Counted from the stretch's first letter, positions 10,732-19,011 are shown. The stretch is 64,000 nucleotides of DNA from Candidatus Bathyarchaeia archaeon (GCA_050012255.1 JBEKHN010000006.1:45454-109453); one strand, 5' to 3'. Notes: a model not told the origin generated them from the letters alone. Translations and numbers: made by a program.

Positions 10732-10774
10732 GTGGACCGGTGGGGACTTGAACCCCAGACCTCCTGAGTGCAAG
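10732..10774. repeat. att site: duplicated 3' half of tRNA-Ala, with the chromosomal CCA just outside it
   Basis: GTGGACCGGTGGGGACTTGAACCCCAGACCTCCTGAGTGCAAG is identical to 18937-18979; TGG at 10730-10732 reads CCA on the minus strand. Confidence 0.95.
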
Positions 10775-11623
10775 ATGATTAATGATGCAATATGGGAAAA
10801 CTTTGGTACTTGGCTATTGAAAACACACAAACAAAGGAATGCAAAAGAAGCTCTAAGAAATGCTAAGAAGTATGCTGCAATCCTGGAAAAACCCAGCATG
10901 GCTTCACAGCTTCTAATGTTAAACAAAGACCTTAGAAGAGTAGCAATGAGTTCACTGAGCAATCTATCCAAGTATTTAGGAGTCTATGATCAATGGAAAC
11001 AGACAATAAGAAATTATGGCTTGAAATGGGAAAACACAACCAGTCTAGAAACATTTCTCAGCATTCTAAACAGCAATCTGGAAGAGACAGAAATCTGGCT
11101 TAGACAAGTCATTAAGAAGCTACCGAGTGACTACTCTACAATTTTGGTATTTGATGTCTTAACTGGATTGAGACCCAGTGAAGCAGCAATGTCATGCAAA
11201 CTGATAACAGACCTTTCAAACATGAACAAGCTGGACTCGTATCTGGATGGAGATCTAATGATGTTACAGCATTTCAGATTTCCAGACTTGTTCCTAAGGA
11301 AATCAAAGAATGCATACATATCATTCATAACCCCAGAACTGCTTCAGCTTGTTCTGAGAACAAAACCAAGTATCAAATATTCAGCAATAGACACAATGAT
11401 TGGCAGACAGGGTTTCAATACCAGAACAAAGCAGTTGAGAAAACTCTATGCAACCAGGCTGAGAAACGATTTGCCTCAAGAGCTCGTTGATTTATTGCAG
11501 GGAAGAATAAGCCAAACGATATTTATGAAATTCTACTATAAGCCTCTACTAAGAGACATCCAACAGAAAACAATCAAAGCACTGCAACCTCTACAAATGG
11601 AACTCCTGTCTCAAATACAGTGA
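10733..11623 (+). CDS. Integrase C-terminal catalytic fragment Int(C), SSV-type tyrosine recombinase
   Basis: TGLRPSEA, KSK, KQLRK, LQGR, FYY. The frame runs through att (WTGGDLNPRPPECK), and there is an ATG at 10775. Confidence 0.9.
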   Translation, partial: WTGGDLNPRPPECKMINDAIWENFGTWLLKTHKQRNAKEALRNAKKYAAILEKPSMASQLLMLNKDLRRVAMSSLSNLSKYLGVYDQWKQTIRNYGLKWENTTSLETFLSILNSNLEETEIWLRQVIKKLPSDYSTILVFDVLTGLRPSEAAMSCKLITDLSNMNKLDSYLDGDLMMLQHFRFPDLFLRKSKNAYISFITPELLQLVLRTKPSIKYSAIDTMIGRQGFNTRTKQLRKLYATRLRNDLPQELVDLLQGRISQTIFMKFYYKPLLRDIQQKTIKALQPLQMELLSQIQ

Positions 11624-11826
11624 GTCCTAGAAACCATGCTCATAAGAGACTACTGAAGCCCATCATCCAGCAGAACTCAGAGACAGAACACTCAAAGCAA
11701 TATCAGAGCTAGAACAAACACTAAACTAAGTGTTGAAACAAACCGAAACACTTCTCCCTCTTTTCCATGTATACAGAACTACGGTGAAAAACTTCTAGAG
11801 GGTCTTTGAAATCTTTGAAGGAAGCT

Positions 11827-12360
11827 TTAGGCTTTTGATTGTTGAAGCTGTTGTTCTCTTTTCTTCAGTTCGTTGTATAGATATTCAAACTGCTGTAGTG
11901 ACCTTGGAGACTGGAACTGTTTTCTATATCCGTCTACTACCAGCTTGATTTTTTCCCATAGAGGTATAGCTATATAGCCAAAGAGGTCGTCAACTAATCC
12001 GAGGTCTATGAGCTTTCTATTCAGAAGCACGCCTATTTGTTCGAACATCACGTTGACTATGCTCATACCGATAATTTCTGGTGAATCAACAAACCCCGTA
12101 GTAGTAGAATAATACTTTTTCACGAATTCATCATAGTCCTTGAAATCCAAGTTGAACGTTCTTGTCAAGGCTTTCCAGAATTCTTCACTACCAAAAGTTG
12201 AGTAAATTCTCATAAGAAGGTCTGCTTGCCTTGTCTCAATTTCTGCTTGTCTCGTCTTACTCTGATGTCTTATCTCCAGAACGTAGTAGACAACCCCAAC
12301 TAACACACCTGCTGCTGCCACCATTGCAGAAATCTCGGTTATGTCAACCATTCTTAACAC
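11827..12360 (-). CDS. Membrane-anchored DUF4760-like protein, paralog 1
   Basis: N-terminal TM (ISAMVAAAGVLVGVVYY), FEQIGVL..RKLID, FEYLYNE, shared with the two paralogs. Confidence 0.7.
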   Translation of the reverse strand: MLRMVDITEISAMVAAAGVLVGVVYYVLEIRHQSKTRQAEIETRQADLLMRIYSTFGSEEFWKALTRTFNLDFKDYDEFVKKYYSTTTGFVDSPEIIGMSIVNVMFEQIGVLLNRKLIDLGLVDDLFGYIAIPLWEKIKLVVDGYRKQFQSPRSLQQFEYLYNELKKREQQLQQSKA

Positions 12361-12920
12361 CTAGAAGACTCGTCAGGAGAATTAGAATCTAAGACTGCTG
12401 GGAGAATTGCTTTCGCCCAAGTTTTCCTTAGTTGTGGTTCTTTTCTCAGAAGCTCATTATGGAGATACTCGAATCCCGCCCCTAACACTGGTTCATTGAG
12501 TTCTCTTCTAAATCCCACTGTCAGTGGCTTGGTCTTTTCATAGATTTCCTTAATCGCTGAAACTCCAAAGACATCGTAGGTCAAGCCTAGGTCAATGTGT
12601 TTTCTGTAGAGAAGAGTGCCAACCAATTCAAAGAATCCACAAACAGTAGAGATTGCCTTGTTAATTTCTAGCCTTGCTTCGGAATGTCGTGGATAATTCT
12701 TTAGGAAGTCCTCGTAGTCTTTGAATTGCAGCCTCATGATTTTCGAGAATGCATCTTGAAATTCGTTGCTATGCAACCTTGAATACAGTCTTATGAGTAG
12801 GTCTGTCTGCTTCTGCTCGTGAAGATGCCTAAGCTCCAAAACAGTCAAGGCAACACCTATCAACACACCTATTGCTGCAACAATAGCTGAAATAGAAGGT
12901 ATGTCCAACATCCTTGTCAC
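12354..12920 (-). CDS. Membrane-anchored DUF4760-like protein, paralog 2
   Basis: N-terminal TM, FFELVGTLLYRKHID, FEYLHNE. Confidence 0.7.
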   Translation of the reverse strand: MTRMLDIPSISAIVAAIGVLIGVALTVLELRHLHEQKQTDLLIRLYSRLHSNEFQDAFSKIMRLQFKDYEDFLKNYPRHSEARLEINKAISTVCGFFELVGTLLYRKHIDLGLTYDVFGVSAIKEIYEKTKPLTVGFRRELNEPVLGAGFEYLHNELLRKEPQLRKTWAKAILPAVLDSNSPDESSRC

Positions 12921-13105
12921 CCAGAAGACAAGATTAGGTGAGATCAGTATTAAAGACTACATCATAAACCATGAAAAGAACATCAAATAGAAAAGAAGCC
13001 CAATAGTAGCTTATTATGTTAATAACAGACAGAATATTGTTTACTTCTTTTCAGTCCTTGTCAGTATCTTTGGTTCTTTCCACTCTTCCCTGAGGATGCT
13101 GTAGA
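12918..13105. repeat. Direct repeat of about 190 bp (GNAT 3' end + spacer + DUF4760-like promoter); second copy at 15242-15430
   Basis: Shared blocks ATCAGTATTAAAGACTACATCA and TATGTTAATAACAGACAGAATATTGTTTACTTCTTTTC. Confidence 0.92.
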
Positions 13106-13583
13106 CAAAGGAATCTCTCCATTCTCCTCTCGTGAAGAAGTTTCTACGATGTGTTCCTTCCTTCTTGAAACCAACTTTCTCTAAGACCTTCTGAGAGGCT
13201 ACATTTCTAGGGTCTGTCTGAGCTTGAACACGGCCTATGTCTTTGGAGAGAAACAAGTAATCCACCATAATTTTGACAGCTTCAGAGCAGTAGCCTTTCC
13301 CCCTCTCGTTTGGCACCAAACTGTAGCCGATTTCTAGTTGCCTACCTGCAATGTGTAGGACGTAGAAATGGGCTATGAAACCAATTTTGCTTCCATCTTT
13401 CTTCTCTATTATGAATGGTTTCAGCTCGTTAGGGTTCTCGAGCATCTTTTCTATATCTGTTCTGGACCCCTGATGCAAGGGATTGTATTCACCGAAGACC
13501 TCAGGCTTGTTGAACCATTCTGCAAATAATGGCAGATCCTCTTTCTCTATAGTTCTCAGATTTACATTCTTACCTTCAAGCAA
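13041..13583 (-). CDS. GNAT acetyltransferase, RimJ/RimL type, paralog 1
   Basis: EIGY...RGKGY, N.ASQKVLEKVGF..EG. Confidence 0.92.
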   Translation of the reverse strand: MLEGKNVNLRTIEKEDLPLFAEWFNKPEVFGEYNPLHQGSRTDIEKMLENPNELKPFIIEKKDGSKIGFIAHFYVLHIAGRQLEIGYSLVPNERGKGYCSEAVKIMVDYLFLSKDIGRVQAQTDPRNVASQKVLEKVGFKKEGTHRRNFFTRGEWRDSFVYSILREEWKEPKILTRTEKK

Positions 13584-13611
13584 CCTCTTTCACCTTTGAT
13601 TCTTGTCTTCT

Positions 13612-13634
13612 TGTTTCAGTTCTTATGACTTGTG
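13612..13634 (-). promoter_or_regulatory. Shared 23-bp promoter module; second copy at 17415-17437
   Basis: TGTTTCAGTTCTTATGACTTGTG is identical 27-29 nt upstream of the GNAT-1 and methyltransferase start codons. Confidence 0.75.
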
Positions 13635-13714
13635 GAAACATCCATGAACGAAACACTGGCAGCGCCAAATAGCTCTATCCATGAGAACCAATCTCAGATT
13701 CCTTCTCACAAGGA

Positions 13715-13792
13715 CTAGGCATGGATTCAATATCTCTACTATTATTTCAACGATGCTAAGAGACCTATCATTAGAGTGCCTGGTAGGCCAAA
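13715..13792. repeat. Imperfect non-coding repeat of about 80 bp; second copy at about 17831-17910
   Basis: Identical core TCAACGATGCTAAGA at 13747-13761 and 17864-17878, with similar flanks. Confidence 0.8.
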
Positions 13793-13894
13793 GGTAAAAT
13801 ACTATGCATTTTCGAAGTCACAAACTTCTAGGGAGTCCCTGAAAAGGAAAGTTCACAGAGAAAGAAAAGGAAGGAAGCTATTTTCATCAAGCTG

Positions 13895-14560
13895 TTATTT
13901 TAGCTCAAATGTATGGATAGCATCGAGTTTTGGATATTTTTTGAATAAGTGAGCGTTCACTAACTCTATGGAATTAACAGCTATTTTTCCAAACTCTGTG
14001 TCCCTCAGCTTTTCTAGGTGACTAATTAGTCTGGTGAAATCCTTATTCTTCTGAAAATGCATTATGCTGATGTGAGGCAAGAAAGGATAGTCAAATTTCC
14101 TCTCTATCATCTCGTGTATTGTTTGTAGTCTTCCAAATATTTCTTCGATTTTGCCTCCATCATGAACCTCCACGAAGACAACATCAGGGAAAATGTTGAG
14201 TTTAGAAAGGAAAACGTCAAATCTGCTAAATGGTTGTAAGACTTCTTTCGCTTGATTGATTATTCTTTGCAGGTTCTCAATCAAAATATCGTCTTCATAT
14301 TTCTCTGATTTTGCTAGGAATCCAAGTCCCATTACGGATATGTGAAAATAGTCTTTTGGGAATGGGGCTACACAAGAAATAGTGGATAGCCTATTCTGAA
14401 TTTCAACTATCTTCTCAATCAGTTCTTCATTTCTGATTCTTACATGAAAAGTCAGATATTGACTTCTTCCTTTGGTCCAATCATTGTCAATCCAATATTT
14501 CTTTACATTCAATTGGATATTCTTTCTTCTTTCCCAAACATCCCTGAATCTGTTGTTCAT
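13895..14560 (-). CDS. 2H phosphoesterase (2'-5' RNA ligase family)
   Basis: Two HxS motifs (FHISV, PHISI). Confidence 0.8.
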   Translation of the reverse strand: MNNRFRDVWERRKNIQLNVKKYWIDNDWTKGRSQYLTFHVRIRNEELIEKIVEIQNRLSTISCVAPFPKDYFHISVMGLGFLAKSEKYEDDILIENLQRIINQAKEVLQPFSRFDVFLSKLNIFPDVVFVEVHDGGKIEEIFGRLQTIHEMIERKFDYPFLPHISIMHFQKNKDFTRLISHLEKLRDTEFGKIAVNSIELVNAHLFKKYPKLDAIHTFELK

Positions 14561-14776
14561 ATACTGAATTGATAATCCTTTTCGCCTAAAGTCTTTTTGA
14601 ACTATGCAGTTCAGTTAGTGCACACTACAGCACATCAAAAACACTCAAACAACCAGAACAGTCATTCAACACTATCGCAACAATTCGACAAAACAAAATT
14701 AATCTATCCTTATGCACACACTTTCTGAACTACGATGAAAAACTTCTACAGACCCTCTGAAATCTTTGGAGAAATG

Positions 14777-15244
14777 CTAGGTTTTTGGTTGTTGAAGCTT
14801 CTGGTCTCTTTTCTTCAGTTCATTATAGAGATACTCGAACCAAAAGCATTTGTCTGAATGCATTTCTTTAAGTGTAGACTCGTTCTTTTCCCATACCTGT
14901 TTCACTGGTTCAGCGAACAGTTCTCTAGCCATATCTATGTCCAAGAGTTTTCTATAGAGTAACAACCCGACTTCTTCATAGTATGTGCTCATTTTAAGAA
15001 GCTCCTTCCAACCTTGTCCCTTGATATATTCATTGAAGTCTTTCTCTCCCCTGACCTTCAGTTGATACCAGTAATTCATGACCTCTTCAGTCAATATCCC
15101 TTGGTATAATCTCAAGGTAAGGTCTGTTTGCCTTGTTCTGTTCTGATTTCTCATATCAAGTATATAGTAGACAACACCAACTAGCACACCAGCAGCAGCT
15201 ACCATTGCTGAAACAGAAGTTACGTCAAACTCCATTTGTTTCAC
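14777..15244 (-). CDS. Membrane-anchored DUF4760-like protein, paralog 3
   Basis: SAMVAAAGVLVGVVYY, YEEVGLLLYRKLLD, FEYLYNELKKR. Confidence 0.7.
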   Translation of the reverse strand: MKQMEFDVTSVSAMVAAAGVLVGVVYYILDMRNQNRTRQTDLTLRLYQGILTEEVMNYWYQLKVRGEKDFNEYIKGQGWKELLKMSTYYEEVGLLLYRKLLDIDMARELFAEPVKQVWEKNESTLKEMHSDKCFWFEYLYNELKKRDQKLQQPKT

Positions 15245-15365
15245 CCAAAAGACCAGATAACCCGCAATCAGTATTAAAGACTACATCACAAACCATGAAG
15301 AGAATGATTATTTAGAAAAGAAGCCTAATCTAAGCTCTATATGTTAATAACAGACAGAATATTGT

Positions 15366-15926
15366 TTACTTCTTTTCGGTCCTTGTCAGTATCTTTGGTT
15401 CTTTCCACTCTTCTCTGAGGATGCTGTAGAGATGGTAATCGGTCCATGCTCCTCGCACGAACAGCAGTTTTCGAATAGTCCCTTCTATCTTTAAGCCTGC
15501 TTTCTCCAAAACTTTCTGTGCCGTTTTGTTCCTTACATTTGTGCATGCTTGTATACGACCAATGTTTTTTGAGAGAAATAGGTAATCAACCATTAACTGA
15601 GTCGCTTCTGCTCCGTATCCTTTCCCTCTTTCGCTAGGAACAAAAAAGCAACCGATTTCCATCACCCCGTATGGCTGATTAATAAAATGCCAGACAAACC
15701 CCATTCTATTTCCGTCCTTCTTCTGAACTATAAACTTCTTCCACTCAATCGAAATCGCTATGTTCGGGGGATTGTCAAAATTTTGCATCAATCCTGACTT
15801 CGAAGTCTGCTCAAATACAGGATTGCTGTATTCCCCCCAGAAATACATGTTATTGAAGCATTCAGCTAGAAAATCAATGTCGTCTCTCTCCAAAACCCTC
15901 AGATTCACAGTCTTCCCTTCAAGCAA
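15366..15926 (-). CDS. GNAT acetyltransferase, RimJ/RimL type, paralog 2
   Basis: ERGKGYG, KVLEKAG..IEG; same termini as paralog 1. Confidence 0.92.
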   Translation of the reverse strand: MLEGKTVNLRVLERDDIDFLAECFNNMYFWGEYSNPVFEQTSKSGLMQNFDNPPNIAISIEWKKFIVQKKDGNRMGFVWHFINQPYGVMEIGCFFVPSERGKGYGAEATQLMVDYLFLSKNIGRIQACTNVRNKTAQKVLEKAGLKIEGTIRKLLFVRGAWTDYHLYSILREEWKEPKILTRTEKK

Positions 15927-15950
15927 ATCAAGTCACCATTCAAACCAATT

Positions 15951-16032
15951 ACTTTCGGTTCAGCTATAACTTTTCCGCAAAACCAAAAACTGACTATCTT
16001 CAAGCGGTTTTTGTCAGTATTTTTGGTTCTTT
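15951..16032. repeat. Direct repeat of about 82 bp (gene tail + promoter); second copy at 16576-16659
   Basis: Identical 31-mer ACTTTCGGTTCAGCTATAACTTTTCCGCAAA (BRE/TATA-like on the minus strand) plus the KEPKILT-coding 22-mer. Confidence 0.92.
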
Positions 16033-16551
16033 CCATTCTTCTCTTAGAATGCTGTGGAGATAGTGATCAGTCCATACTCCTCTAACGAGCGTAAGTTTTC
16101 GGATAGTCCCTTCTATTCTGAAACCTGCTTTCTCCAGAACCCTCTGTGACGCTTTGTTCCCCACGTTTGTCGTTGCTTCTATCCGAACGATGTCTTTAGA
16201 GAGAAATAGATAATCAACCATTAACTGGACTGCTTCTGTTCCATATCCTTTCCCCCTTTCGCTGGGAAGAAGAAAGTACCCGATTTCCATCGTCCCGTAT
16301 GGCTGATTAGTCCTGTGATGGACAAGCCCAATTCTGGTTCCGTCCTTCTTCTGAATGATGAACATCTTTAAGCCAAGCATTTTTTGAAACTCTGTAGGAT
16401 TATCAAAACTCTTCATCCATTCTGACTTCGACATCTGCTCCTCAATTGGGATGTAATCCGCACAGAAACCCCCGTCATTATGGCATCCAACCTCAAAATC
16501 AATGTCATCACTCTCAATTACCCTCAGATTCACAGTCCTACCTTCAAGCAA
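16000..16551 (-). CDS. GNAT acetyltransferase, RimJ/RimL type, paralog 3
   Basis: EIGY..ERGKGYG, NKASQRVLEKAGF. Confidence 0.92.
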   Translation of the reverse strand: MLEGRTVNLRVIESDDIDFEVGCHNDGGFCADYIPIEEQMSKSEWMKSFDNPTEFQKMLGLKMFIIQKKDGTRIGLVHHRTNQPYGTMEIGYFLLPSERGKGYGTEAVQLMVDYLFLSKDIVRIEATTNVGNKASQRVLEKAGFRIEGTIRKLTLVRGVWTDHYLHSILREEWKEPKILTKTA

Positions 16552-16626
16552 CTCAGTTCACCAAACCACAGAGTCACTTTCGGTTCAGCTATAACTTTTC
16601 CGCAAAGTAGGAGAACTGAAAAACCT

Positions 16627-17388
16627 TCAAGCTCTTTTTGTCAGTATCTTTGGTTCTTTATCAATAACAGCTATGTATGCTGAGTCACCAGAATCTATGA
16701 ATTCCCTGATCTTCCATCCTGTTCCTTTGAGTATCTCTTCCATTTCTTTCTTGGATACTATCAGGTAATCGAACCATCTGCCAACGCATTTCCTGAATCT
16801 TATTCTTACTCTTAACTGTCCTGCCATTCTGCCTTTTTTCTTGTTGAGCTTGTGATATTCCAAGTGGTCAGGATTGTCAGTCTTGTATGTGTCACGAGTA
16901 CTGGCAATAATCAATCCATTCTTGGAAGTCATTCTATGAAACTTCTTCAGCAATCTTCTTGCCTTCTTGAAACTGCCAAACAGCCCAAAATTGCTTCCCA
17001 TCATAATAATCGTGTCGAAGGAATTGGGCTTGAAATTCAATTCTTCAATTGACATAACTCTTGCCCGTTTCAAGCCTCTCAACTTGCAGATTTTGATCGC
17101 AAGAGGAGAACTGTCAATTCCCAACACGTCAAAACCCATCTTCTGCAAATACGGAGAATGCCTACCAGCTCCGCAACCGATGTCCAAAACCCTTCCTTTC
17201 ACGAATTCCATAGCCTTTCTATCAATGAGATCCCAATTTTCATACTCTGAAAAATAGAATCCTGGACCCTTTGGGGATGCATTAAAGTAGCCATCATCCC
17301 TTTCCACTATCTCAGAAGCTTCTTCACGTTTGTAGCAAGCCCACATCTCCTGACCAAACGTATCTTCCTCAGGCTCAAGTTTCTTCAT
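16627..17388 (-). CDS. Class I SAM-dependent methyltransferase
   Basis: [19 protein letters not shown] motifs. Confidence 0.92.
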   Translation of the reverse strand: MKKLEPEEDTFGQEMWACYKREEASEIVERDDGYFNASPKGPGFYFSEYENWDLIDRKAMEFVKGRVLDIGCGAGRHSPYLQKMGFDVLGIDSSPLAIKICKLRGLKRARVMSIEELNFKPNSFDTIIMMGSNFGLFGSFKKARRLLKKFHRMTSKNGLIIASTRDTYKTDNPDHLEYHKLNKKKGRMAGQLRVRIRFRKCVGRWFDYLIVSKKEMEEILKGTGWKIREFIDSGDSAYIAVIDKEPKILTKRA

Positions 17389-17939
17389 GTCAAATCATTG
17401 ATTACATCTTTTCCTGTTTCAGTTCTTATGACTTGTGCTAATCCGACAATTTAACATCGAAAATCATGTCCAGCCACTTTTAATGTCAAGAACAGCATGT
17501 CAAGTGGAGCACTTACGATTAAAAAAGTCTGTCTTCAGAGTTTGACCTTTGCTTTCTAGAAGTGGAAAATCCAGATATCTGGCTGTAGCAGTGTTTTAAA
17601 CGGTCCTAGCAATTGGAAAAGAAACACACAAAGCAAATGGAATGCATCTCTCATGAAGACAGAAAGAGAGAAGCAAACAAACCTTTGTACCTTGCTAGGT
17701 ATGAATGAATACAATCCTTTTCTTATTAATTGAACATGTTGCACGCCCACACATGCATAGACACAATGATGTACTCCAATACAACAAGGTTCATTGAAGA
17801 AACAAACCTGATTTCCTTCTTCTTACAGAAGCTAAGCATAGACCAATATCTCCTATTGTTATCTCAACGATGCTAAGAAACAATCATCAGAATACCAGGT
17901 ATTCGCAAGGAGGAATTCCTAGCAGCTACGATGACTGCT

Positions 17940-18314
17940 CTACCTCCATTTATGAGGTGTAAATCTACTCTTAGGAACTGCTTTTCTGTTGTAAGAGGCT
18001 AGTCCAAACTTGTGCAATATTCTTAGCAGTATGGATGCTTGGTGCATAATCTCTCTGTGACTAAACTCCCTGCCGTTCCAGGTTTCTTTGGTAGTAAACA
18101 ACTGTCCATCCTTGATTATGAGTAATGGCTTTCCTGGATACCGATAGAATATCATGCCAGACTCATCCCATATTTCTGGAATTGCTTTAACCGACAACTC
18201 ATCGAAAAGTCCTTTGATTGAATCAGCATCAAAGTTGGATAGTTTATACCCATAGTATCTAACTATCCTATTCTTCTGATATTCAATGGGAGTGACTAAT
18301 TCTAACTCACTCAA
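17940..18314 (-). CDS. Hypothetical protein (element backbone)
   Basis: 124-aa ORF with protein-like composition, divergent from Int(N); no recognised motif. Confidence 0.6.
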   Translation of the reverse strand: MSELELVTPIEYQKNRIVRYYGYKLSNFDADSIKGLFDELSVKAIPEIWDESGMIFYRYPGKPLLIIKDGQLFTTKETWNGREFSHREIMHQASILLRILHKFGLASYNRKAVPKSRFTPHKWR

Positions 18315-18721
18315 ATCTTGACCATTCCGAACTAAGCCTGGATTAGTACTCGATCATTTAGAAGACATATCATACTATATCTGCTCTGTGTAGATACACA
18401 GTTAGTGCATAGGCTTTCTATGGACAAACAATGGAGATCAACATATGCAAAAGCACCCTAACTTACTCTTTATAATAGAATGACCCTCCATCACTTCTAA
18501 TGTCACGTTCTAAATCGGGAGTCACATTCTGGACAGAAGCTATAGAAACTAGCTCTCTTCTCTGTTGAAAGGATGTTTTCCTTTGTGCCTTTGTAGGTTG
18601 AAAGATGTCTTAAAGCACATCCGAGTTTTGATGGAACAAATAGAACGTATCCAGCCTCTGAAGAATGGTCTTTAAGGGTCCTTAAATTCTCTGATTGCTC
18701 GTCAGGAGGTCAGTGATTAGA

Positions 18722-19000
18722 ATGACTAAGATTGAATGCCCAGTATGTGGAATTTCTGGCTTTCTGCAAGTAAGAGGGACTAATGTGATGGTCCAACACT
18801 ACCAAGGATTCAGGGATAATAGAAGAATTTACATTTACCATAGAGTTCCTTATGAACTGTTTCAGAACTTGCAAGTAAATGCAAGTAAAACTAAGCAAGT
18901 AAATGAGCCTGATTTGAACCTTATTTCTAAAATGAAGTGGACCGGTGGGGACTTGAACCCCAGACCTCCTGAGTGCAAGTCAGGCGTTCATACCAACTGA
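18722..19000 (+). CDS. Integrase N-terminal fragment Int(N) with a putative Zn-binding motif
   Basis: GGAGG SD; MTKIECPVCG...QH...YH; reads in frame into att (WTGGDLNPRPPECK) and stops inside the tRNA. Confidence 0.85.
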   Translation: MTKIECPVCGISGFLQVRGTNVMVQHYQGFRDNRRIYIYHRVPYELFQNLQVNASKTKQVNEPDLNLISKMKWTGGDLNPRPPECKSGVHTN

Positions 19001-19011
19001 ACTACCGGCCC
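18938..19011 (-). tRNA. tRNA-Ala(TGC)
   Basis: Minus strand GGGCCGGTAGTTCAGTTGGTATGAACGCCTGACTTGCACTCAGGAGGTCTGGGGTTCAAGTCCCCACCGGTCCA folds as a cloverleaf with anticodon TGC and the G3-U70 identity pair. Confidence 0.97.

Larger units (their letters stand above)
10732..18979. mobile_element. Integrated element (about 8.2 kb) in tRNA-Ala(TGC) with a split SSV/pTN3-type integrase
   Basis: Identical 43-bp direct repeats at both ends (3' half of the tRNA), integrase halves at the two borders, visibly more AT-rich than the flanks. Confidence 0.93.

Noticed and set aside
10646-10732. N-terminal extension of the integrase ORF in the ORF track
   Set aside because: It lies outside att and overlaps the nitroreductase gene; it is chance read-through, and the real N-terminus is at 18722.
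17556-17750. 64-aa ORF inside the element
   Set aside because: No SD or motif and a weak start; probably non-coding.
11760-17910. CRISPR array or diversity-generating retroelement as the source of the repeats
   Set aside because: The repeats are not regularly spaced with unique spacers, no cas or reverse transcriptase gene is present, and the differences between copies are not adenine-specific.
10733-17910. Canonical integron
   Set aside because: The integrase has SSV-type motifs rather than IntI features, and I could not find RYYYAAC...GTTRRRY attC boxes.
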